Shown here one piece after another: positions 52,757 through 61,888 of a DNA stretch of 64,000 bases. Below the pieces are notes generated by a model, which was given only the letters and a program-made list of their open reading frames with translations, searched no databases and was not told the origin of the DNA. The position numbers and the translations under genes are program-made. The stretch comes from Planctomycetota bacterium (GTDB lineage: Bacteria; Planctomycetota; J058; J103): positions 477 through 64,476 of the forward strand of contig BPJM01000005.1 in NCBI GenBank assembly GCA_026004615.1, written 5' to 3'. Within the stretch, counting starts at the first letter, position 1, and each line of letters opens with the position of its first letter.

Positions 52757-54757
52757 ATGCTCGCCGAGGCGGGGCAGCGGGTGTTGCTGGCAGCGCAGGC
52801 GCGGCGCCGGGGCCTGGCGTGGGCGGCGATCGTCCTGCTGCTGTCGGGGCTGCTGGCCGCCGACGCGTACCTGCTCCTGCAGGACGCGCACATCGCGCGG
52901 CGGCTGGAGGCCGCAGCGCGCCGCCGGCTGGGCTGCGAGGTCGTGCTCGAGGGCCTGGAGCTGTCGCTCGGGGGCACGGGCAGCGTGGCAGCGGCGTCGC
53001 TGGTGCTCGCGCCGCCGCGCTCAGGCGCCAGACCGACGGTGCTGCGCGCTGCCCGGGTGCGGTTCACGCACGCACCGCTGGCCCTGCTGCGCGGGAGCCT
53101 GCGCCTGGAGGCGGTGCGCGTCGCGGAGGTGCAGATCACGGTCGATGCACCGCTGGTGTTGCTGGAGGCGGTGCAGGTATTGTGGCGCGCGCTGGGCGCG
53201 GAGACCTCGGGCGAGGACGGCTTCAGCCTCGAGGTCGCGCGCCTGGTGTTCGCCCCGGCTGCCGAGGACGGACTCGGGGGGCAAGGGCCGGTCGCGGAGC
53301 CGGCTCCGGCCTCCGGCCGCGGCGCCGCCGGGCAGCTGCCCGCCGCGGTGGTGCTCGAAGGGGTCGAGGTCCGGCCGGCCGGCCGGGGCGCCGCCGCGCT
53401 CCGCTTCCGGGCGCGCTACCGTGCGGCGGCGATGGAGACGCTCGGTCTGGAGGGCACGATCGACTTCGAGACCCAGACCGCGCGGCTGGACGTGCGCGCC
53501 TCCAACCTGCCGGTGCATTCGCCGGCACTCGCCGCACTGGCCCCGGCGCTGGCGCCCTTGATCGCGGCGCTGGGGGCGCACGGGCCGGTCGATCTCGACC
53601 TCGACGTCGATTACCCGTGGCAGGCACCCGCCGCTGCCGAGGTCGCGGGCACGATCGAGTGTTATGCGCTGGCGCTGGAGCCGCCGCTGCTCGCAGCTGC
53701 GGTCACCAACGTCGCCGGTCAGCTGCGGCTGGAGGGCCGGCGGCTGGCGGTGACGGGGCTGCGCGGGGTGTACGGCGGCGGCGTGATCCGGGTGCGGGGC
53801 GAGCTCGGCGACCTGGTCACGGGCAGCGGGGTGCGCCTCGACGTGACGGCGACGCGGCTGCAGCTCGAGGCGCTGGCCGGGCTGAAGCTCGGCCCCTGGG
53901 CGCGGGCGCTGGGCGCGCTCCAGCTCGGCGGCCAGGGTGGCGGGCGGCTGAGCCTGGCGAGCGAGCCGGGCGTGCCGCTCGCCAGGGCGCAGTTCGACGG
54001 GGAGTTGCTGCTCGAGCAGGCGCAGGTCCTGGGCGGGGCGCTCGGCAACGTGCACGGTGCGGTGCGTTTCGCGGGGCGGCTGGGGGCCGGCGAGCCGCTG
54101 CGGGGCGCGCTCGTGCTCGACCGGGCACAGCTGGCGGACGACGTCCCGCTGCGCGGGCTCGGCGCCGAGCTCGCCTTCGGGCCGGCGGGTCTGGTGCTGG
54201 AGCGCGGCAGCGGGCGGCTCGCCGGGGGGACGATCCGGTTCGCAGCCGAGGTACGACCGGCGGCGGCGAAGCCCGCGGTGCGGGTGGAGCTCGAGGCGGA
54301 GGGGGTGGACGCGCTGCCGGTGTTGCGCGCGCTCGGGATCGAGACGCGGCTGGAGGCCATGCGGCTCCGCGGCGAGCTGCGCTATCGGGGGGGCGGCTCC
54401 CAAGAGCCCGGCCTGGCCGTCGAGGTGCGGTTCGGCGGGCTCGAGCTGGGCGAGCTGCCCCCCCTCCGGCCGCTGGTCGAGCTGTTGCAGGAAGCGGGGG
54501 TGGCGGCGACGCGGTTCGAGCGCGGGACCGCGCAGCTCGCTCTCGGCGCCTTCGATCCCGAGCCGCTAGGTGGGTATGCCCTGCGCCTGAGTCTGTTCTC
54601 CGAGCCCTATGACCTCGGACTCGCCGCACGCCTGCGTCCCGGGGGGCGCCTGGAGGGGACCGCCACCGCGCTCCGCCGAGACGCAGGCCGCGCCGAGCGC
54701 TACCACATCGCCGGCACCCTGGCGCACCCGCTGTTCACCAGCCCCTTCGAACCCTGA
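52757..54757 (+). CDS. AsmA/TamB-like periplasmic beta-rich protein
   Basis: N-terminal TM followed by repeated alternating Gly/hydrophobic beta-strand motifs (VTNVAGQLRL, GVYGGGVIRVRG, GRLAGGTIRF); ends IAGTLAHP. Confidence 0.6.
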   Translation: MLAEAGQRVLLAAQARRRGLAWAAIVLLLSGLLAADAYLLLQDAHIARRLEAAARRRLGCEVVLEGLELSLGGTGSVAAASLVLAPPRSGARPTVLRAARVRFTHAPLALLRGSLRLEAVRVAEVQITVDAPLVLLEAVQVLWRALGAETSGEDGFSLEVARLVFAPAAEDGLGGQGPVAEPAPASGRGAAGQLPAAVVLEGVEVRPAGRGAAALRFRARYRAAAMETLGLEGTIDFETQTARLDVRASNLPVHSPALAALAPALAPLIAALGAHGPVDLDLDVDYPWQAPAAAEVAGTIECYALALEPPLLAAAVTNVAGQLRLEGRRLAVTGLRGVYGGGVIRVRGELGDLVTGSGVRLDVTATRLQLEALAGLKLGPWARALGALQLGGQGGGRLSLASEPGVPLARAQFDGELLLEQAQVLGGALGNVHGAVRFAGRLGAGEPLRGALVLDRAQLADDVPLRGLGAELAFGPAGLVLERGSGRLAGGTIRFAAEVRPAAAKPAVRVELEAEGVDALPVLRALGIETRLEAMRLRGELRYRGGGSQEPGLAVEVRFGGLELGELPPLRPLVELLQEAGVAATRFERGTAQLALGAFDPEPLGGYALRLSLFSEPYDLGLAARLRPGGRLEGTATALRRDAGRAERYHIAGTLAHPLFTSPFEP

Positions 54758-54795
54758 ACCGCAGTCTCGCCCGCCGCCGCGGGGCAACCGGCGGC

Positions 54796-56287
54796 TCAGT
54801 AGGTGCGTGCCGCGTCGAGCACGGCGCGGGTGGTGAACGTCTGGGGATCGACGAGCACGCCGATCGTGCCGACGAAAGCGTCGGGTCCCTGGAAGTCGCG
54901 CCCGGGCAGTCCGGGGCGCAGTGCGAGCACCGAGGCGTTGGGACCGAAGGTGTCCGCGGTCTCGTTGCCGCGGCTGAGCCGGTGCTGGCGGCGGAAGACC
55001 GGGGTGCGGCCACGGCGGGCATCGAACACATTCAGCGTCGAGTCGTTGAACGAGACGGCGAGCAGCCGCCGGCCGCCGTCGTTGCTGTAGGCGAGCGCAC
55101 TGGTGAAGCGGCCCGTCGGCGGTTTGTCCGGGTTGGCGAACGGGATCGTGATCGGGTTGGCGACGCCGTTGAGGATCGCCCCGGTGAGGTCGGCCGGGGC
55201 CTGGATCGTGCCGTCGAGCACCAGGTCGAGCTCGAGCAGCGACACGCGGAAGATCTCCGCCAGTCCGAAACCGAAGTCGCCGCGGCCCACCACCGCCTCC
55301 AGGCCGTCCGGCCGCACCGCGGCCGCATGGCGCGCCGCGGCCGGCCCGAAGGGGAAGAACGCGACCAGCTGCGCCTTGTTCGGGTCGATCACCTCGAGGA
55401 AGGCGTGGTCGGCCTCGGGGGGCGAGGCGCCGAAGAGCACCCGCCCGGCGCCGCTCGTCGTGACGTACAGCACCGGGCGGCCGTCCGGGGTGCGGGCGGC
55501 GCGCAGCCCGGTGACGTTGAACCCGCGGGTGAAGACCACGTGAGCCGGCTGCGGCACCCCCGGCTCGAAGCGGGTGTGATCGAGCGGGTCGAGCGCGAAG
55601 CCGAGCACGAGCCCGGGGAAGTTGTCGAGGAAGCTCGCGGAGGGGTCGGCGCTCGACATGAGGTTGGCGCAGCCGACCCAGAGGGTGTCCCCGAGCACCG
55701 CCAGCGCCTGCGCGCCGGGGTCGGTGGGGGCGAAGCTCGGGTCCGCGGTGCCGGTGGAGGTCATGAGTCCACTCGCGGTGAGCTGCAGGCTCGTCAGCTC
55801 GAACTCCGCGCTGGGGCCCGTGCCCGCCAGCGCGTCGAACAGATAGACCTTGTGCTGGCTCTGGCCGGTGAGGCTCCGGCCGGTCGAGGTCGCGAAGCCG
55901 GCCAGCTTGCCGCCACGCCGCTCGGTGTCGATCACAAGTCCGGCGGCTGCGGGTCGGAAAACCGCTCGCATCGAAGGTGCCGATCACGAGGGTCGCGCTC
56001 GAGCGCGGGGGGGCTGTTGGGCGACATCGAGCACGCGCAGTGTCCCGCCCTGCTGCAGGGCGAACAGCAGCTCGGGTGCCGCCGGCGTGGGTCGCGAGTG
56101 CGGTCAGCGAGTCGCCGTCGGCGAAGGCGAACGCATCTTCGGTGACCGTGAGCGCCGGAAACCCACCGGGCTCGGAGCGCGAGCAGCCGGCGAGCGCCAG
56201 CAGCAGGGCGGCCCCCGAGCACCGCGGCGCGCCGCAGCGCGGCGGGCGAGCCCTTCGCCCCGCAGGGGGGCCGGTGCGCGAATGCAC
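54796..56287 (-). CDS. Cobalamin-riboswitch-controlled beta-propeller-like lipoprotein, reconstructed across four +1 indels
   Basis: Lipobox LAGC. Removing one G at 56089-91, 56007-13, 55990-92 and 55951-53 gives a 1488-nt frame (...TTPAAPELLFALQQGGTLRVLDVAQQPPALERDLVIGTFDASGFPTAAAGLVID...). Blade-like motifs AAVRPDG and SALAYSNDG. Confidence 0.7.
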
Positions 56288-56419
56288 CTGGAGGAACGAT
56301 CGGGAGAGATGAATGGGGCGGGTTGCGATGGAACACGGCCAGGACCTCCTTCCCGTCCGCGCGGGTCGAGGGTTGCGGGGATCCGCCGCCGGGCGGCGGG
56401 CCCGTGTGCGGTCGCGGGG

Positions 56420-56590
56420 AACGGGTCTTCTGGCTTCCGGATCGCCCTACTCGCCGCGCCTTCCCGTGTGCCCGCTCCGAGCGGACCGCACAGTGGCCGC
56501 CTGCGGCTTTCGTCCCCGGTCACAGCGGCGGGACCGCGACGGACTCGCACCGTCTTCCCCCGGCTTCCCGGACCGACCGAACCGATTGTC
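56420..56590 (-). ncRNA. Cobalamin (B12) riboswitch
   Basis: Minus strand reads GGGAAGACGGTGCGAGTCCGTCGCGGTCCCGCCGCTGTGA...GCCACTG...GGGAAGGC...AAGCCAGAAGACC (B12 box). Adjacent to a btuFCD-like transporter. Ends are approximate. Confidence 0.93.
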
Positions 56591-56599
56591 GAGCGCGCC

Positions 56600-56627
56600 A
56601 TGATAGCGGGGGCTAGCGCCGCATCAA
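56600..56627 (-). promoter_or_regulatory. Promoter TTGATG-N16-TATCAT immediately upstream of the riboswitch
   Basis: The implied transcription start (~56593) coincides with the riboswitch 5' end. Confidence 0.6.
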
Positions 56628-56659
56628 GCCTCTTTTCAAGTGCAGGCGCGGTGGGTCTC

Positions 56660-57433
56660 TCAGCCGAACAGCACGCAGGGCCGGCCGGTGCGCGGGTGGC
56701 GGATGACCTCCGGGGGGCGACGCCGAAGGCGCGCTCGAGCGGCTCGGGGCGGAGCACCTGCTCGGGGCTGCCCGTGGCGATCAACCGCCCGCTGGCCAGC
56801 AACGCCATGCCGGTCGCGTACTGTGCCGCCAGGTCGAGGTCGTGCGAGGTGGCGAGGATGGCGAGCCCTTGCTCCCGCCGCAGCCGGTCCAGCAGCCCGA
56901 ACAGCGCCACCCGGTGCCGCACGTCGAGGAACGCCGTCGGTTCGTCGAGCAGGAGCAGGCGCGGCTGCTGGCACAGCGCGCGCGCGATCGCGACCCGGCG
57001 CCGCTCGCCGCCGGAGAGCCGATCGAGGGGGCGGTCGGCGAGCGGCTCCAGCTCCAGCGCCGCCAGCGCCGCGCGCGCCTGCGCCACGTCCTCGGGACCC
57101 TCCAGCACCAGCCGGCCCAGGTGCGGCGCCCGACCCATGAGCACGATCTCGCCGACGGTGAAGGCGAAGCCGAACGGCGCCTCCTGCGGCACCACCGCGA
57201 CGGCGCGCGCCAGCTCCCGCCGGCCCCAGGCGCCGAGCGGCCGCCCCTCGAGCGCGATCGTTCCCGCCTGGGGGCGCAGCTCGCCCGCCAGCAGCCGCAG
57301 CAGGGTGGACTTGCCGGCGCCGTTGGCGCCGCCGAGCACCACGAACTCGCCGCGTCCGAGCTGCAGATCGACCCCGTCCAGCACCGGCGGTGCGCCGGGA
57401 TAGCCCAAAGCGCAGTCCGTGCGCCGCGATCAC
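56660..57433 (-). CDS. btuD: Cobalamin/iron-siderophore ABC transporter ATPase (BtuD/FecE-like); two indels
   Basis: GANGAGKST, LSGGERRR, LLLDEPT, TSHDL. Frameshifts at C3 57404-06 and G6 56712-17; the reconstructed C-terminus is EVIRHPRTGRPCVLFG. Confidence 0.8.
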   Translation of the reverse strand: MIAAHGLRFGLSRRTAGAGRGRSAARTRRVRGARRRQRRRQVHPAAAAGGRAAPPGGNDRARGAAARRLGPAGAGARRRGGAAGGAVRLRLHRRRDRAHGSGAAPGPAGAGGSRGRGAGARGAGGAGAGAARRPPPRSALRRRAAPGRDRARAVPAAAPAPARRTDGVPRRAAPGGAVRAAGPAAAGARARHPRHLARPRPGGTVRDRHGVAGQRAVDRHGQPRAGAPPRAARARLRRRPPEVIRHPRTGRPCVLFG

Positions 57434-58516
57434 GTCTGCGCCTCCGCGAGCGGCACGCGCTGGCGATGCAGCAGCAGCCACAGAAACAGCGGTCCGCCGG
57501 CCAGTGCCGTCACCACCCCGACCGGCAGTTCCTCGGGGGCGAGCGCGCTGCGCGCCGCCGCGTCCGCCAGCACGAGCAGTGCCGCCCCGGCGAGCATGCT
57601 CGCCGGGACCAGCAGCCGGTGATCCGGTCCACACACCAGGCGCAGCAGGTGGGGCACCACCAGCCCGACGAAGCCGACCAGCCCGCTCAGCGCCACGGCG
57701 ACCGCCGTCACCAGCGAGCCGGTGAAGAACAGCGCCACCCGGACCGCGCGCACCGCCACCCCGAGGCTGCCCGCGACCGTCTCGCCCAGGGCTAGCAGGT
57801 TGAGATCGCGGGCCAGCCACTGCAGGACGAGCCCGCCTCCCAGCGTCACCGCGGCCGCCGCTCCCAGGCCGGCCGGCCCCACCGCGACCTGGCCGAGGCT
57901 GCCGGTCAGCCAGGCGAGGATGCGCAGCCGCTCGCTCGGCGGGACCAGGTGGGCGAGGAGCAGGATCCACGACGACAGGATCGCGTTGACGACCACGCCG
58001 AGCAACAGCAGCGTCGCGCCCGCGGTGCCGAAGCTGCGCCGGCCCAGCACGAAGATCAGCGCCGCGACCAGCAGGGCCCCGGCGAACGAACACGCCGGCA
58101 TCCAGAGCGGAGCGGCAACCCCGAGAGCCAGCACCGCGAGCGCCGCCCCGAGCGCGGCGCCGCTGGAGACGCCGAGGAGGAACGGATCGGCCAGCGGGTT
58201 GCGCAGCAGCGCCTGGAAGGCGACGCCGGCGCCGGCGAGGGCGGCGCCCACGATGGCGCCGGCGAGCACGCGCGGCGCGCGGTGGTGGGAGCACGATCTG
58301 GCCTTCCGGGCTGAGTTCGCCCTGGCGGGGCGCGCGCCAGCGCCTCGCCCCCAGCCCGTGTGCCCGCGCGAGGGCGGCGAGCTCGCGCGCGAGCCGGAGC
58401 GGCCCGGCGCCGGGTGCGGGCCCGCTGGTGAGGCCGGCCGCGAGCGCCACCACGAGCAGGGCCGCCAGCGCCCCGGTCCAGCCGAGCCAGCGCCGGCGGG
58501 TCAGCCGCCGCCTCAC
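57430..58516 (-). CDS. btuC: Cobalamin/iron-siderophore ABC transporter permease (BtuC/FecCD-like); one net indel at 58287-58289
   Basis: [73 protein letters not shown]. Confidence 0.85.
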
Positions 58517-59535
58517 CGCGGATCCGCTCCGCTCGGGGGCCGGTGCGCGCTCGCCGCCGCCTCCGGTTCACCGGGGAACGCCTCCGGGTGGAGCGCGCGG
58601 GCGAGCGCCTGCAGACCGTCGACCAGGCGCGGGCCGGGGCGCACCAGCAGCTCGGGTGGCAGCGCATGCACGCGGCCGCTCCGCACCGCCGGCACCCCGC
58701 TCAGGCGCTCCCAGAAGCGCGCGCGGGGCGGCGGCCGCGGTCGCGGCGGTGCCGGGCGGTGCCATGCTGAGCTCGATGACCACCTCCGGCGCCAGCGCCA
58801 CGATCGCCTCCTCGCCGATCTCGGGCCAGCGCCGGCCGCTCGCCTGCAGCACATTGCTTCCGCCTGCGATCTCGAGCAGCGCGCCGAGGAAGGAGCCCGG
58901 TCCGGCGGCAATCGTCGGGTGGCGGTCGACGACGATGAGGGTGCGGGGGTCGCGGCCGACTGGCGACGGCGCGGCGTATCGCCTCGGTGCGCGCGCGCAG
59001 CGTCGCGGCGAGGGGTGCGCGCGCGCAGCTCGGTCTTCTCCCCGAGCAACGTCCCCAGCCGTTCGACGGCGGCGAACAGATCGGGCAGCGCCGTGACCGT
59101 CACCGCCTCGAGCCGCACACCGAGCCGGCGCAGCGCGAGCGCCGGCGCCAGGAGCGTGCCCTCTGCCGGCACGAGCACGAGATCCGGCCGGCACGCGAGC
59201 ACCAGCTCCACGTTGGGGCTGCCGTAGCCGCCCACCCGCGGCAGCGCGCGCGCGGCCGGCGGAAAGTCGCAGTGCGAGGTCACCCCGACCAGCCGCTCGC
59301 CCGCGCCGAGCGCGAACACGATCTCGGTGAGCGAGGGGGCGAGCGAGACCACGCGGCGGGGCGGCGCCGGGCTGCGGGGACGCTGGGGCGCGCTCGCCGC
59401 CGCCGGTGCGGTGGCTGGCCCGCCGGCGCCCTCACAGCCCGGCCCCGCCAGCGCAGCGGCGGTGGCCATCGCGACGCCCAGGCCCACCAGCAGCAGCGGG
59501 CGCGGCACCTGCGGCCGGACGGGCGCGCGCCTCAC
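58513..59535 (-). CDS. btuF: Periplasmic cobalamin-binding protein (BtuF-like); three mutually compensating +1 indels
   Basis: [39 protein letters not shown]...GGSN and APEVVI lie in a shifted frame; VPAVRSGRV and RPGPRL. Shifts at 59012-15, 58945-49 and 58725-28. Confidence 0.82.
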   Translation of the reverse strand: MRRAPVRPQVPRPLLLVGLGVAMATAAALAGPGCEGAGGPATAPAAASAPQRPRSPAPPRRVVSLAPSLTEIVFALGAGERLVGVTSHCDFPPAARALPRVGGYGSPNVELVLACRPDLVLVPAEGTLLAPALALRRLGVRLEAVTVTALPDLFAAVERLGTLLGEKTELRARTPRRDAARAHRGDTPRRRQSAATPAPSSSSTATRRLPPDRAPSSARCSRSQAEAMCCRRAAGAGPRSARRRSWRWRRRWSSSSAWHRPAPPRPRPPPRARFWERLSGVPAVRSGRVHALPPELLVRPGPRLVDGLQALARALHPEAFPGEPEAAASAHRPPSGADPR

Positions 59536-59945
59536 GGCGCCACCAGCTCCACCTTGATGCGGTCCGGATCCTCGAAATACACCGCGTAGTGGCCGGGACC
59601 GCCGGCGTACGGGTGCCGATCCTCGTACAGCACGGTCACCCCGCGCGCCCGGAGCAGACGCGTCACCTCATCGACCTGCTCGCGCGAGGCGGCGTGCAGG
59701 GCGAGGTGGTTGAGCCCGACCCGCTTGCGATGATAGGGCGGCTCGAGATAGGCCCCTTCGGCCTGCACCAGGACGAGATAGCTCGGGCCGAGCCGCCAGC
59801 TCCGCCCGCCCTCCCAGCGCTGGAACGGCCGGTAGCCGAGCAGCTCCAGCAACCATCCCCAGAACGCCGCCGACCGCTCGAGGTCGGAGACGTACAGCTC
59901 CAGGTGGTGCAGGGTCCCGACCCGTGGCGCCGCGGGCTGCATCAC
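59532..59945 (-). CDS. VOC/glyoxalase-family protein
   Basis: [37 protein letters not shown]. Confidence 0.9.
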   Translation of the reverse strand: MMQPAAPRVGTLHHLELYVSDLERSAAFWGWLLELLGYRPFQRWEGGRSWRLGPSYLVLVQAEGAYLEPPYHRKRVGLNHLALHAASREQVDEVTRLLRARGVTVLYEDRHPYAGGPGHYAVYFEDPDRIKVELVAP

Positions 59946-60763
59946 AGGCGGTCCTTCGTCAGGTTGCGCGCGCGCTCGGCGGCCTTGACCACCGCCTTGA
60001 CCAGGGTGACGCGGAGTTTCCCGTCCTCCAGCTCGAGCAGCCCGTCGATCGTGCAGCCCGCGGGGGTGGTCACCACGTCCTTGAGCAGCGCGGGGTGCTC
60101 GCCCAGCTCGAGCACCATGCGCGCCGCTCCGAGCACCGTCTGGGCTGCGAGCAAAGTCGAGACCTCGCGCGGGATGCCGAGCTTGACCCCCGCCTCGGCG
60201 AGGCTCTCGATGACGAGGTAGATGTACGCCGGCCCGCTGCCGCTGAGTCCGGTCACCGCGTCCAGATGCTGTTCGTCCAGCACCGCCGTGCGGCCGACCG
60301 CGCCGAAGATGCGCTCGGCGGTCGCGAGGTGCTCCGGGGAGGCGAAGCGCCCGCGCGCCAGCACCGACATCCCGGCGCCGACCAGAACCGGGGTGTTGGG
60401 CATGACGCGCACCACCGCGGGCTCGCCGCCGAGAGCCTTCTCGATCGCGGCGGTGCTGACCGAGGCGCAGGCCGAGATGAGGAGCTGGCCTGCTCGGAGC
60501 ACGGGCGCGATCTCGGCCAGCACGGCCGGCACGACCTGGGGCTTGACCGCGAGCAGCACCGTATCGGAGCGCTCGACCACCGCGCGGTTGTCGGTCAGCA
60601 CCTCGAGGCCGGATCGCCGCCGCGCTCGCTCGGCCGAGGCAGCGCTGCGCACGCTGGCCGTGATCCGTTCCCGCGCCAGCACGCCGCTGCCGAGCAGGCC
60701 CAGCGCGACCGCCTCGCCGAGCTTGCCGAAACCGATGATCCCGAACCGCCCCGTCTCCGCCAT
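59942..60763 (-). CDS. proC: Pyrroline-5-carboxylate reductase
   Basis: GIIGFGKLG, LAVKPQ, VRVMPNTP, TGLSGSGPAY, VTTPAGCTI. Confidence 0.96.
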   Translation of the reverse strand: MAETGRFGIIGFGKLGEAVALGLLGSGVLARERITASVRSAASAERARRRSGLEVLTDNRAVVERSDTVLLAVKPQVVPAVLAEIAPVLRAGQLLISACASVSTAAIEKALGGEPAVVRVMPNTPVLVGAGMSVLARGRFASPEHLATAERIFGAVGRTAVLDEQHLDAVTGLSGSGPAYIYLVIESLAEAGVKLGIPREVSTLLAAQTVLGAARMVLELGEHPALLKDVVTTPAGCTIDGLLELEDGKLRVTLVKAVVKAAERARNLTKDRL

Positions 60764-60857
60764 GATCGCACCCGCCGCACGCCTGCCGCCATGCGCCACG
60801 GCCGCGATCCTACCCCAACCGGGGCGAGCGGTGCGATACCGGCACGCGGGGCGGGGG

Positions 60858-61196
60858 TCAGATCGCCACCGGAGCCTCGAGCAGCTCGAACAGCCGTTCG
60901 GCCAGCTCCGTCGCCTCCGCCGCCAGGGCCGAGGCCTCGACCGCGAGGGCGGGCCACTGGCGAGCCAGTGCATCGAGGCCGCCCACGGCGTCGGCGACGA
61001 AGCGGAACGCCGCAGCGAGCTGGCTGCGCTCCTGCTGCGGAGAGCCGCCGGCCGGCACCCGGCGCAGCATCGCGCGCACCAGCGCGCACAGCCGCGCGGC
61101 CTGCCATCCACCTCCGGCGCGATCCGCCAGGTCGAAGACGCGCCGGCCCAGAAGCCGCGTCTCCTGCAGCACGTCCATGCGCAGGGTCTCGGTCAT
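60858..61196 (-). CDS. Hypothetical all-helical protein (possible four-helix bundle)
   Basis: GAGGAG RBS before ATG 61196; 112 aa of amphipathic helices. Confidence 0.6.
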   Translation of the reverse strand: MTETLRMDVLQETRLLGRRVFDLADRAGGGWQAARLCALVRAMLRRVPAGGSPQQERSQLAAAFRFVADAVGGLDALARQWPALAVEASALAAEATELAERLFELLEAPVAI

Positions 61197-61338
61197 GACG
61201 TCTCCTCGATCCCGGTTTGCGGCAGGGTCGAAACGAACTATACTACAGCGCCCGCTGCCCGGTGCAACCCGCATGCGGAGCCCTGCCGGGCAGCCGGCCC
61301 ACGAGGCGATCGTTGCGCCTGCGGGCGCGGAGAGCGCG

Positions 61339-61542
61339 ATGCCGGTTCCGACCCGACCTCAGCCCCATCCGATCTGTGCGCTCTGCGGCGGCCTGCTCGT
61401 CCGCGGCGTGCAGCCACGGCTCGGCCACGTCCTGATCTGCACCGCCTGCCTGGACACCCGGCGCGTGCTGCCCGACCGCAGCGACTCCCAGGACGCGCCC
61501 GCGGGCGCTCCCCCGCATACCCCGCGCCAGACGACGGCCTGA
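61339..61542 (+). CDS. Small putative zinc-finger protein
   Basis: GGAG + ATG; 67 aa with CALC...CTAC. Confidence 0.45.
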   Translation: MPVPTRPQPHPICALCGGLLVRGVQPRLGHVLICTACLDTRRVLPDRSDSQDAPAGAPPHTPRQTTA

Positions 61543-61888
61543 GCGCTGCGGGCGGCCCGCCACCGCGCCGGTTGGTGGCTTGCGGGGGGTGGTGCCGGTC
61601 GGTGGCGGCGGCTCGCCGGAGCGTTGCGTGTCGCGTCCGGGACCGAGCTTCGACGCAACCGGCACGTACCGCTCCGTTGCGAGCCGGCGCCGGCGTGGCC
61701 TGGTGGGGCGGGGGGGAACCCAGGCCTCGGCCCACCGCAGCTGCGGGCAAGCGAGCGCGGGGCCGGAGCCGGACGGCACGTGCCGTGCTTGCTCGTGCCG
61801 GGCGAAGGGGCTAGGATCGCATCGCCGGGACGCGGCGGTCGCGGGGCGCCGAGGCAGGTTCCGCCGCGCTGCCAAGGGGGTGACGGGC

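Noticed and set aside
56660..59535. Programmed ribosomal frameshifting in the btu genes
   Set aside because: Too many shifts per gene, no slippery heptamers, and all lie at short G/C runs, which fits sequencing error better.
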